In this document: in pieces, positions 27,343 to 39,005 of the stretch
Numbering within the stretch: the first letter of the stretch is position 1
How the letters are laid out: every line of letters starts with the position of its first letter
Source of the DNA: Camelus ferus
Taxonomy: Eukaryota
Length of the DNA: 64,000 bases
Assembly: GCF_009834535.1 (NCBI RefSeq)
Contig: NC_045697.1
Span: 95,792,001 to 95,856,000 of the forward strand
Direction of reading: 5' to 3'
The notes under the pieces: model-generated
Database searches by the model: none
What the model was told of the DNA's origin: nothing
The model's input: the letters and a program-made list of their open reading frames with translations, nothing else
Program-made: the position numbers and the translations under genes

Positions 27343-27983
27343 CATAAAAATAAAGATGTTACTCAATAATTATAAGACAAAAAACTCAATTTAAAAATGG
27401 GCCAGAAATTCTATGGGTATTTCAATTAAGAAATAGCAAATGGCTATTACTCAAATTAAAATCACAATGAGATATCACTAGAAAATTAAAAGAACTAATA
27501 CCTTGTTAATAATACCAAGTATTGGCAAGAATGTCTAACACCTGTAAAATTACACATTTTTTTGGTGGGCATATGAATTGATAAAAACCACTTCAGCAAA
27601 CTTTTTTTTAAATTAATAATCCACATGAAGCTAAGCATTTTCCTCTTTTCTTCTTCACTAAGGACTTTCAAATATATATTATGTAGTATACACAAATATT
27701 ATATTGCTATCTATCTATCTGTCATCTATCTATGTAAATAGCACAAATGTTTACCCCCTCCAAAATAGGTACAGACTGTTCAAAGCAACTGTATTTAAAA
27801 TTTTTCCCAAAACAACTGAATACTCCTTAAAAGTAGACTCAATATAACAATGGTATAGCTATACAATCAAATATGACACAGAAATAAAATATAAACAACT
27901 ACTGCCACACTGAACAATAGGAATGAAGCTTATATGTGTAATGATAAGAAAAATAATTTATAACCAAAGAGTACATATCATCT

Positions 27984-28428
27984 TGTTGCTGGAGAATAGG
28001 TTCTTGCTTACATAGGAAAGAATTCAAGAGCAAGCCATAGTAAAGTGAAAGTACATTTATTCAGGGAGATACACACTCCATAGACAGAGTGCAAGCTGTC
28101 TGAGAAGGCAAGAAAGAGAGAGAGACAGACCATGAGGTTTGGGGTTATTAGCTTTTATGGACTCAGTAATTTCATTTGCTAATGAGTAGGAGGGTTATTA
28201 CAACTACTTTGGAGAAGGGGCGTGGATTTCCAGAAAATAGACCACGCCCACTTTCAACCTTTTATGGTCAACCTAGGAACTGTCATGGCTCCTGTGGATG
28301 TGCCATGAGGCTCAGGGTCTACTAGAAGTCAAATATTCCACCATCTTGGTTCTAACCAATTTGTTCTTTCCTCAGTTGCTGTGTCATTCCTTCAATGGTT
28401 ATGCCCTGCCCTCTTTCCTCCTGTCTCA
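27984..28428 (-). mobile_element. ERV1-class solo LTR (MER41-like)
   Basis: TG...CA termini; near-TSD atct/ttct; minus-strand AATAAA at 28056-28061; 'gaaagaattcaagagcaagccatagtaaagtgaaag' and 'aggaactgtcatggc' motifs. Confidence 0.8.
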
Positions 28429-28438
28429 TTCTGACTCT

Positions 28439-28898
28439 GTTTTTTTTGTTGTTGTTTTTAAATTGAAGTATAGTCAGTTTACAATTTTGTATCAGTTTTT
28501 GGTGTACAGCGTGATATTTCGGTCATACATGTATATACACATATTCCTATTCATATTCATTTCTATTATAGGTTACTACAAGATATTGGATATAGTTCCC
28601 TGTGTTATACAGTATAAACTTGTTATTTACCTATTTTATACATAGTAGTCCGTATCTGCAAATATTGAACTCCCAATTTATCCCTTCCCCAAAATTTCCA
28701 ATTCCTTTACCCCCTGGTAATTTTAAGTTTGTTTTCTATGTCTATAAGTTTGTTTCTGTTTTGTAAATAAGTTCATTTGTGTCTTTTTTTTTTTTTTTTT
28801 TTGATTCCACATATGGTGTTTTTCTTTTTCTTTGGCTTACTTCACTTAGAATGATGATCTTCAGGTCCCTCCAAGTTGCTGCAAATGGCATTATTTTA
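28439..28898 (-). mobile_element. Young 5'-truncated L1 3' end with TSD
   Basis: 'aattgaagtatagtcagtttacaat..gcttacttcacttagaatgatgatc..gttgctgcaaatggcatt'; TSD ctgactct at 28431-28438 and 28899-28906. Confidence 0.92.
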
Positions 28899-31800
28899 CT
28901 GACTCTTTTTATGAAGTTCAAGAGATGAAGCTAAAACAGGTGATAGAAGCCAGAATAGTAGTTACTAAAGTAATTAAATCTCAAAAAAAAAAATCTATAC
29001 CTTCTCAAAACTACAATATTTTTGAAACCCTTTGCAGAATCAGGACTTTTTTTTCCCCCAAAAAGGGCAAAGCTCCAAAGAGATAAAATAGACTGAGAGA
29101 AAAATTATGTCTCAATATTAAATATAAAATATGAAAAAAATACAAGTCAAAAAGGCACTTGTTGGCAAACTACTAAAATACAACACTAAGTCATTTAGGC
29201 TACTTTACACAAAAGTGGAATTCACTTGGCATTTATCACAGAGTCCCAGATGGATAATCATTTGGAAGTACAGACTTGGAGAAAATATAAGAATTAAGAA
29301 TGTTCCGAAGTCTAGGCATCAGGAATTGCATCCAAGGCCAGGGACAGAAACACTTGCTCACAGTCTGTAACATCCTTTCTTCACTAAGTCCTGACCAATG
29401 TGTAGGTAGGTGGCAGAGAGTAGTTCTGAGGAGTATCAGATGGCTGAATACAATAATGCATCTGGTCACCAGGAAGTGAAAGTGGGGCTGTGGGAATGGA
29501 TCTGGTCCCTAACGCCTTGGATAGCAGACACTCTCCCTCCAAGATAACACACATACAGAAAATTCGAGTATTGGGGTGGGGTGGGAATGTTAGATGCTTG
29601 ACATCTACAAAATATCAAATTAGGAAACTACAAAATTTGAGAGAATAAGAGGAAAGGTTAAATGCATCTTCTATGTTTGAATTTCCTTTATCTCTTATGA
29701 TACTGAGTGGCTGAGAATAGAATGCATGTTTCTGGATGGAGCTAAATCAAACCATTTAATAAGTTTACTTTTGATGATCACAACTGTATTTGAAAAATGG
29801 AAAAATTATCTTCCAGTTATAAAGTATTAAAATGATTAAAAACTACTGAAAGAGAAATAATTCACCATTGAGTGAATTAACATTTGTGTACTTAATTAGC
29901 CTTAATAAATATAAATAAGCCATCATTTAGTTTTATGAGGTAGCAATATATTTCCTGAAATAAATAATTTTTGCTGACATTCAGATAGATAGTGTTTAAT
30001 ACCATAGAAGAAACATATGTTCATTATCTCATTTATGATGAATAAATATGAAATACTTATCAATTAAGGTAAAACATAAGTAAACAATTTGGGTGAATTT
30101 ATGACTAATAACAAATAATTTACATTTAAATAATTATAACATTTCTTTAATATAAATCAACTAAATTTTGTGTAAAAATACCTGTTTCAGGTTTTAGGAG
30201 GGAAATATCAAACATAAAGTCTTTAAGAATTACAAACATGCCATTAAAATGTAACATTGTTGCCAACTTTTTAATTACAAAAAGATGTGTATCTGGTTTA
30301 CAAAACCAGAAAAAATCCTGAAAACTACATTAATATTATTGGTAAAAAAACTACTAAAATAGAATTGTGATAATACAGAGGGTTAGGAAATATGTTTTAT
30401 CTCATTCAAATCTAATTTCAATTTCTTTGTTTAAATATTGTGACTAATTCATATTTTTTGAATATTTTCAAGTTATTAAACATTAAGTTCAAAATTTAAA
30501 ATCCCACCTATTTCTCCTATTAAGTATGCAATTGAGATGTAAAAATTAGCTTAATATATGAGTCAAAGTACTGGGTACTGGTATAAATCTTCTCCCTTAA
30601 ACCTGCACCAATAGAGCAAAAGATCAAATAACTCTTCCATCATAAAAATAAGTTAAAAATAAAGTGATCATTTTTCATTTATAGGAAAAAAAACTCATTT
30701 ATTTTATGCTTCTTCACCAATTAAGTTTAACTTAGGAATTTAAGAGAGAGGGGAAAAAAAAGAATCACTTTTATTTCTTGTCTGTTATTTACTACTAATT
30801 AGAAATGAGGTGGTGATTTATGCAGTGTATTAGATATAGTTTTACTGTTCTCAAAAGTTGATAAATTACTAAATGAATGAAAATATCCTAAAGCTGATCA
30901 TAACCTGCTATTAAGGCAAACAGAATAGACAGTTCCCCGCTGGTTCTCATGGGCACCAATATATTTCCAGTAACTCAGAGTAAGAGGTTTAGTTGAACTG
31001 CTAATTGCATACATGAAACTAGGTCATATAATTTGCCATTGAATTAATTATATAAATACAAATGAATTGTGTTACACTTTGTATTTTAGCAAGTTAGCAT
31101 CTTATTTATGATCATTTGCACTTTAAAAGAATATTTTATTTTCACTCAGAGGACAATTTGCCAAAATTTTTAAATGAATATTATTTTTCAGAACAAAATT
31201 CCGAAAGGTATCTTTTCACATATACAGTTTTTACCTCTTCTTTTTCCTCTTTAAAAATAATACAAATTGAGATGATGTGAAGGTTAAAGTTAACTTTCAG
31301 TCAGTATTAGAGAGAATATGATATTATCATTATGACAGATGGAAAAGTGATGTGTTAAAACTTACTTTAAGATGGTTTAAGGCCAAAAGAGATATCATTA
31401 TTATAAATCAATTTCACCCTCAATTTCATAAATAAACTCAATATATATATGATAGAAGACAGTTACTTTTACCAAAAAAAAGGCAGATTATTCAGAACCT
31501 TGGGAGAGACTGCACTATGTGCTCTTTAAGTCACACTCTATCAGGACCTCATCTCCACAAGGATAAAGTTTAGTCAGTTTGATCTTGACAAAGAAATATC
31601 CTAACTTTGAGTTAAAATACTTTTTTGAAAAATACCACAAAATTTAAAGATAGAATATTATTCATACTTTAAACATAATGCATTTCAGCATTTTAATGCT
31701 CTAATAATTCACAGTGAAACAATATTTTACCTAAAATGGAATTCCAATTTTATATTTCCTAGTGTAATATATGTATTATATTTTAATTTTTCCAGAGTAA

Positions 31801-33297
31801 ATTTTATTCTGATGAAGATTGGTAGCATTAATATTTTACTTCTACAAAATGGTTATTTGAATTTTATTTTTCTCCATTCTTAACATTTGAAAGGGATTAA
31901 AAACTATAAAATACACATCAATTTAAGTTTCTTTGATTAGATTATATATTATTATTTATTTTATAAATATAATCGCAATGAACTAAAAATACTAAAAATT
32001 GGAGACGAAGTGAAGGATTTTTGAACATACACATTCAGGTTATTAAAGATTTTCAGAGATATAAATTGATTCCTCAGTAGATACTTGATGAAAAATATGA
32101 GAATAGGAAAGTGAAGAGTATATGTATGTGTATGTATATATCCCATAAAATGTGAATGGTCCTCAGAAGCAGTGTTCTGTTTACTATTTTTCAGTAAGTA
32201 AATTAAAGCCAGATATATAGTGGTCAAAATATAACTATTTCTTTTTGTGAATATTAATATTCATATGTCTAATTTATTAGCTGGCAATCTATGTACCTCA
32301 TGTAATTTGACATACATATGTATGTGTGGTAACATATCATTTTGTAGTTTTCATAAAAAGCTGAAAAATCAAGACATCCAATTTTTTTGAGGTTAAAAAT
32401 AGTATCATAGGAAAGCTATGTCACTAGGTTTCCAGTCATCCAGCTTTATGACCTTTGTTTCAGGCCTAATTCTTGATGTGGTTTGAAGTATTACAGATAT
32501 TGGGTCAAAGTTGAGAAAAAAAACTATTCTTATTTAAACATAGTAGAAGTATGGTAGACTCTAAAATAAAGAAATAGAATTGATAAAGCATTTTTTAATT
32601 ACATAAAATTTTATAAAGAAACCAAGCCTTATTACCCATATGGCTCTTATTTGTGACTTAATAACATTGAGAGTTTAAGTGAGACTATATAACATACACT
32701 GCTATGCAACTTTTATCATTAATTTACTGTATAATCCTGAACAGATTAGCTAATCTCTATGATTATTTGTCCTGTTTCATAAAATAGTTGAAATGTTACT
32801 ATATAATAAAATAAATAATAATTAATATAAATACTACTTTACTGAATTTAATAAAGATTCAATACACTAAGGAATATGGAAACACTTTTTATAAACATGC
32901 CATTCTCCAATATTAATAATAATAACAGGAATAATAAAATTGCTCATCCCCATCTCCCTTTTGTGCACTCTTTCTCTCTCTCTTTCTTAGCACTTAGTAA
33001 TATAAAAAGCAGAATAGGCAAGGTAATTCAAGGTAATTCACACCCTTTTTCCTTTAAAAAAAATCCTATGGAAAATTCTATATAAATAGCTCTGATTTAA
33101 AACTTAAAATTACTAACTTCTATTTTTAGGAGTCTTCAAGAAGCTGAGTTGGTGGATACTTTTATAAGAATCCTATTCATTTACTTGGATGAATACAATA
33201 TCCATTTTCAAAACCTGGCCCTGACAGAAACATCATGGTCCAGATCTCAATGAGCAGTAAAGTGATAATGATGAGGATGATGATGAAGATGACAACA

Positions 33298-33525
33298 AAT
33301 AGTTACCATTCTCTGGGGAGTTTAGGATGAAACAGTCTCTATATTGTGTTCTTTAAATTTGTCAGCTCTTTAAATCCTCTTAACCACACTGCAGCTTATA
33401 TAGATTGTCTTATATAAACTGAGGCTCAGGAAAATTAGGGAATGTGTAAAAAATACACAGCTGCAAGTGACAGACACACAATGTAAACGATGGCTAGCTC
33501 CAGAGTTCATGCTGTTTCCAGTGTA
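33298..33525 (-). mobile_element. MIR remnant
   Basis: 'tttaaatcctcttaaccac..aaactgaggctcagg..acacagctgcaagtgacaga..ctccagagttcatgct'. Confidence 0.7.
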
Positions 33526-33789
33526 TCAAATATCCTTAATCTTCTTATGAGTTAAAAGGAAAAACATAAAATGACATTACACAATATAAAGGCCATAGTA
33601 GTAACACGATTGCTTTTAATCTGCAGAATAATTATTGTACCTTAAAAAAATAAACGTTATTAACCTTGAGTCCATAGCTAGCTAAAACATTGTAGTTTCA
33701 TATTACCTATACTTGAACAAATATATATACATACATACATACACACACACACACAAATATTTATTTCATTACTAAAGTAAGTTTATTAC

Positions 33790-34690
33790 TTGCTCCTTCT
33801 GAAGATTCTTGACACTTCCAAATCTGCAAGTAATCACGGTTCCCCTCCTACCCTGAACAGCCATCTTCTCCCTCTTGAATGGCCCAGGTGGCCTCTTAAT
33901 CGGTCTCACTGTTTCCTCTCATGCTGTCTCAGGTCTTTTCCTACATATTCAGTTCCAAAGTATAAAATAAATGAATGGGAAAGCCCAGAGTGGACTCTTA
34001 GGTACAAATCAGCTTACATGAATCCTCCACAGAAAGCATTCGGAAGTTTTTCTATCACACGTAGGGTAAAATACAAATTCCCTATCTTGTTTGTAGTCAG
34101 TGCAGCAATGTGACCTGGAATACCTGGGACAGTCATGGTTTATGTCTGTTGTTGTTCAAAACTGTCCTTGTAGAGCAGTGAATTATGCGGACAGCCCACC
34201 CGAAAGCCGATATCTGATCTGACCCCTGCCTTCCTCTCCCCACTCAGTATTCACCACTTTCTCCCAGGCTCTCACATGCCAACCACACTGCCAATGCCAA
34301 TGTCTTTTGAACACATCAGGCTCATTCTGCTCTCATTTTTATATCTTTAGAACACGTCTTCCCCAGATTTCATAATGGCTTTTTCCTTCACATCATCATG
34401 TCTCTGCTAAAAATGACATGTCCCAAAGAGGCTTTCCTTGGCAAACATTTTAAAATTGCTCCCATCCCTCTGGCTGCCTGCTCTGCTTTTCCTTCCTAGC
34501 ACTTTTCACTACATGAGTTTTATTTATATTTTATATTTTTACTAACTGATTTTCAGCCTTGTTTATCATAACATAGGCAAGCTTAACGAGGGAACATATT
34601 TTGTCTTTCTTATGTATTGCTATATCTCAAAAACTGAGTTAGGCACTAGAGAAACAAATCAAAAAAGTTTTAAACGAGTGAGTAATGAGT
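33790..34690 (+). mobile_element. L2 3' portion
   Basis: 'tgatctgacccctgccttcctctcc', 'ccaaccacactg..ttgaacacatcaggctc', 'cccaaagaggctttccttg', 'ttttgtctttcttatgtattgctatatctc'. Confidence 0.75.
34107..34198 (+). mobile_element. MER94-like hAT-Blackjack MITE inside L2
   Basis: 'gtgacc..cctgggacagtcatggtttatgtctgttgt..caaaactgtcc..gaattatgcggacagccc'. Confidence 0.65.
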
Positions 34691-35129
34691 GGTCTGGTCC
34701 CTCAAAGTCATTAACTTCTTGTTTTATTCTACTAGATAAATATCCAAAGAGAACTGTGGGTACGCATTTCTAAAATTACTTCTGAGTCTTCAGCTTTAGT
34801 AATACCTTCTAATTTTTCTTTTCTTTTGATTTTGGGTTTTATAGAATTGTTTCTTAATGCTGTGGTTGTAATCAAATATCATTTAACTACCATTTCTTCT
34901 AAAATGATGAAAGCTTTTCTTTTTCAAAGCTTACTGCATGTGAAAAATATAAACATTCCTTAGTAATTAGGTCACTCAAATGAAATAATGTAACAATTAT
35001 GCTATATTGTTAAAAGACTTAAAACAAACATAAATGGTGAAAGTTTCTCATATACCCGTAAGATACTTTTTCTTCTCTAAAACATTTTCAAAATGGTCTT
35101 TACAACTAAATTTATGAATCTTTAAAATT

Positions 35130-36003
35130 ATGTGGGATCTCTCTTTTTCACCATAGCAAAAATTAAATGTCTGAGAAAATCCCCCACAACAAAACACCTA
35201 AAGTTGCTGCATAAATATAACAAACATCATTTTAATTGCATGTTTATATGTAAAACTGCCTAGACTGAAAAGGTTCAAGACATAAAAACTGAAGTGGGTG
35301 AGCAAGGAAGGAGCCGGGGCTCTCCTGGTAGCATTCACTGATAGCAAGACCCAGAGCTTTAAGTTTTTAAGCAGCTAAGGGCAGGTACCTTCGTGTCAGC
35401 ACACAGAGTGGGAAAGGGGGAGTGGAATTGAGACTTGTACATTGCAAGGTCCCTTAAAGAAACACCCTCTGGAAAAAAACAGCTGTAAAAAAAAAAATCT
35501 ATTGCACAGAAAATGGAGAAAATAAGCCAAATGTAGGTTTCAGAACTGTTCTCACATTGAGAAAAATGTCTCCACTAAGAATTTATAATCCGAGTTTATT
35601 TATCATATTCATTGGTGTATAATTTCACACTGTTCTATGGAATATAACAAGAGAAAAGACCTGAAAGATCCCACTTCCCAGTAATACTTATGAGGGTAAT
35701 GTACCTTGTAATGAAAATCAGATAAAGATATTAAAGAGAAGTAAATTACCATCCAATCTTACTTATGAACATACTTGCAACAAACAGTAAGTTATTTTAT
35801 ACACACACAAGCACATATATATACACACATTAATGTAATTTATAAAATTAACAGGATAAGAAACAAATGACTACTCAAGGCAGAGAAACAGAAATATATA
35901 TTTTGATAATATTCAAAAATGCAATGTGGTTAAAATAAACAATGAAACCCTTAGCAAATGAGATCTTAGAGGACACTTTTCAACCCCATAAAAAGACATT
36001 TCA
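35130..36003 (+). mobile_element. Ancient L1 fragments (5' region plus ORF2 RT piece)
   Basis: 'ccaatcttacttatgaacatacttgcaa', 'aatgtaatttataaaattaacag', 'ttttgataatattcaa', 'cccttagcaaatgag'. Confidence 0.6.
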
Positions 36004-37825
36004 GGAGACATGACCTCACCAAGATGATGATTTAAATTGTTCCTGACTTTGCTCCCCTCACACGAGGAGAACCACTAACAACTATTCAAGACCAAGACAC
36101 CACTGAGAGAATCCTAGAACATGGGTTGAGGCTGAAGCATTCCCTGCACCACAGAGCCCAGGACAGACTGCATTAGGAGCTGAGAGAAGTGGCTGCATAT
36201 TGACTGCACTGCCCCTCTCCCCAGACCATCACGGCATGATGCAGAGAGCTCTCCCCTGAGCCTCCAGCTCCTCCAGTGGAAAGAGAGAACCCAGAGGGGA
36301 CAACCAGTCCCTCTCCACCACCGTGGGTCACTTTGCAAGTGCTTGAACTCTGATCTTGCACCACAAGGAATGCAGAGGAATCTGAACGTGATGGAGAAGG
36401 GGGAGGGGCTTGTAAAAACTTGCAAGGTTGAGTTCACACCTGCAGTGTCCAAGTAGTAATCTCAATCAGAGGCTTTGCTTAGCTGCGGAACCAAGTTGAG
36501 GGTGCACTCTAACCAGGTAACTCGGTGGGGTGTAGATCTGCCCTATTAAGGATCTTCAGATGAAAGGTTTTGCTGGCCCCACGGCCCAGGGTTGGCCATG
36601 TCTAGGCAAGGAGCTGAATCACAGCCCCACCCTCTGTGGAGAGTGTCTTCCAGCCCCAGCTTACCAGAAGGGCTGCTGACAACTCCTAAAAGCCATAAGT
36701 CCAGTGGTGCTTGAGAGGAGAAGAGGCGAGCAGGGCTGACCACCCACAAAGCAAAGCCGGTACTGAGAGTGGGGCATCCCTTTGCTACAGACAGGCGAGG
36801 GGGTTAATTTATAGCCAAGGTTGAGGGTAACTCCTGGCCCCTCTTAATGTGAGAGCCTGTTGGGAAGTTGAGGGTAGCCTGGAGTGGCCACTCCCTCTCC
36901 AGCCCAGGCAAGAGAGCTGACATAGCCTCACCCACTGTGGAGAGTGTCTCCGGACCCACCTGACCAGAAAGGATGGAGACAACTCCTGGAAACCATTTGG
37001 CCCAGCAGCACTAGAGAAAAAGACGCAGGCAGACCTGAAAATTGCAGTGCAAAGCCAATGGGCCTGTTCAGTCAGGAAATTTAGGGTGTGGGTCAGCTTG
37101 ACTTAAGACAACAAAAAGCTTTATTGGCTTTAGAGCTGCTTCTCTTGCTGTGCCTAGGTAGGGAATCTAATTTATAGCCTTGCTCATTGCTGAATACAGC
37201 CTTCAGCCTATCTGATCACGGAATCTGACCCGAGCACACAGGAAGCTGCATTGCCCCATCAACATCCCTCCATACAGTGGCACCTGAACAGAGAGTAGCC
37301 TGTATCTTCCCCTATCTGCACAGCAAAATTGCTAGCCTCACCTGACCAGGGAATTCAGTGCACAATCCGGACTAGTGTGGGTCCCCAAACAGCGAGCTGT
37401 ACAGGCCCTGGATCTCACCCTGCTGCCCAGTCAGGGCAGGGAAGCTAATTCAGAGCCTCATCCACTACTGATAATAGTACCCAGTTTCAGTCATCTAGTC
37501 GGCCTGGCCAGAGAATTCAGCCATCTCTGGAGCCTGCCCTACAGCATCACTAGGGGAGGTAACAGAGCCAGAAGTCCTGTCCAGAGGTTCTCAGCCAGTG
37601 GCACACTATCCCCATTCCCATCCTAAGAGCTTAACTGTTGCCTCTCTTCAAAACAGACCATAATCGGAGGCCCCACCTGCCCAAGAACATTACCAGCAAA
37701 CATACCCAGAAATCCAAACTAAGCTGACTGGTTAAGAACTGTCTCTGCCAGAGCAAACCTGTAAAGTCTAGAGGATCCCAATTATTTGCTTCACTAATAA
37801 ACAAATAGATCAGCAGGACACAAGA
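36004..37825 (+). mobile_element. GC-rich L1 5'UTR (promoter region) without downstream ORF1/ORF2
   Basis: Starts 'ggag..caagatg..ctcccctcacac..ctaacaactat..ccactgagagaatcc'; ends 'ctgccagagcaaacctgtaaagtctaga..aaatagatcagc'; sharp GC rise; internal repeats. Confidence 0.75.
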
Positions 37826-37829
37826 GAGA

Positions 37830-39005
37830 GAGCTTACGAACCCAGGCCTAAACAGGGGCTTAAAAGTAGCCTTGCACAGCAATGGGTAAGGGATAACTAG
37901 AAATGTTTAATCATCCATGAGGGGAAAAAAAATCCTTACCTCACATCACAAAGAAAATTCAGTTTCTACTGGATATATGCCTTAATACAATAAACACAAT
38001 AAATGACAAAAATACAAATAAATTACAAGGGGACTTCTTTATAAAAAGTATTAATAATACAGAAAGATACCTAAACTTTGGCAACATTAAATTATAAACT
38101 TTGGGTATCAAAAGACACCATAAAAGAATAAAGATAGTTACGTTTTGGAAGAATATATTGCAAAAGATTGGTGTTAATAATAATGATTATCCATGCATAT
38201 ATTTAATTCACTTAATAATATGTAAAGAACTTTTACAAATCAACAGGTTAAATATGATAGTAAAACAGATAAAATACATGACAAAACTATATATAGGAAA
38301 ATAAACCTAAATAATCAATAAATAGGTGAAATGAATCAGGAAAATAGAAACTAAAATGACAGAGATAAAATTTCATATCCAAGATATAGTTGGCTCTTTA
38401 AAAATCCGAAAACAGTGTATGTGGCACTGCTTGTACAATAATGGGAAGCTCATAAACTGCTAATGCAATGTGATTTAGTACAGTCATCCTTGAAAACTCT
38501 TGGACAAGATCTATTGAATTTGAAAGCATCATTTATTTTATTACCACTAAATCTTTACTCCTATGAGTGAACACTAGGGACATTCTCATAGGTGTGCAAC
38601 AATGAAAGAATGGATATAATGGAATGCAATAGCAGATTAAATGAAACAGAGTCACACACATCAACATGTATGTCACTCAAATCAGTTTTGGGGGACGAAA
38701 AATGCAATTTCCAGAAGTCAGAGAGCACTGTACCAGCTACATAAAGTTTTAAAATATATAAAAAATAACGTATTCCTTAGGAATAAATCTATATAGAGTA
38801 AAAAACATTTTTAATGTCTTTAAACAGTAAATCTCAATTAAAGTGTGCATTTTCCTTCTGACAGGAAAAATGGGCAATAAGGATGTTGAACTGAGAAGAG
38901 AACACAGACGTCTGAATTGGTGAGTTCAATGGTGAATGCATGGATTTTGATTTATAATTCTTCTTATTTAGAATGCAAAATAATAAATTTACTGAACAAT
39001 AATAT
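37830..39005 (+). mobile_element. Ancient L1ME-type ORF2 3' part and 3'UTR
   Basis: 'atccttacctcacatcaca', 'atcaaaagacaccataaaaga..ttggaagaatatattgcaa', 'taaagaacttttacaaatcaa', 'atatatgaaaca'-type 3'UTR motifs. Confidence 0.7.

Larger units (their letters stand above)
26836..28965 (+). mobile_element. Old L1 (ORF2 3' part plus 3'UTR) hosting three later insertions
   Basis: 'aaaacttctaggaaaaaac..taggcaaagattt', 'aaattaaaatcacaatgagatatcact', 'ataccaagtattggcaagaatgt'; resumes 'atgaagttcaaga..gtgatagaagccagaatagtagttac'. Confidence 0.75.
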
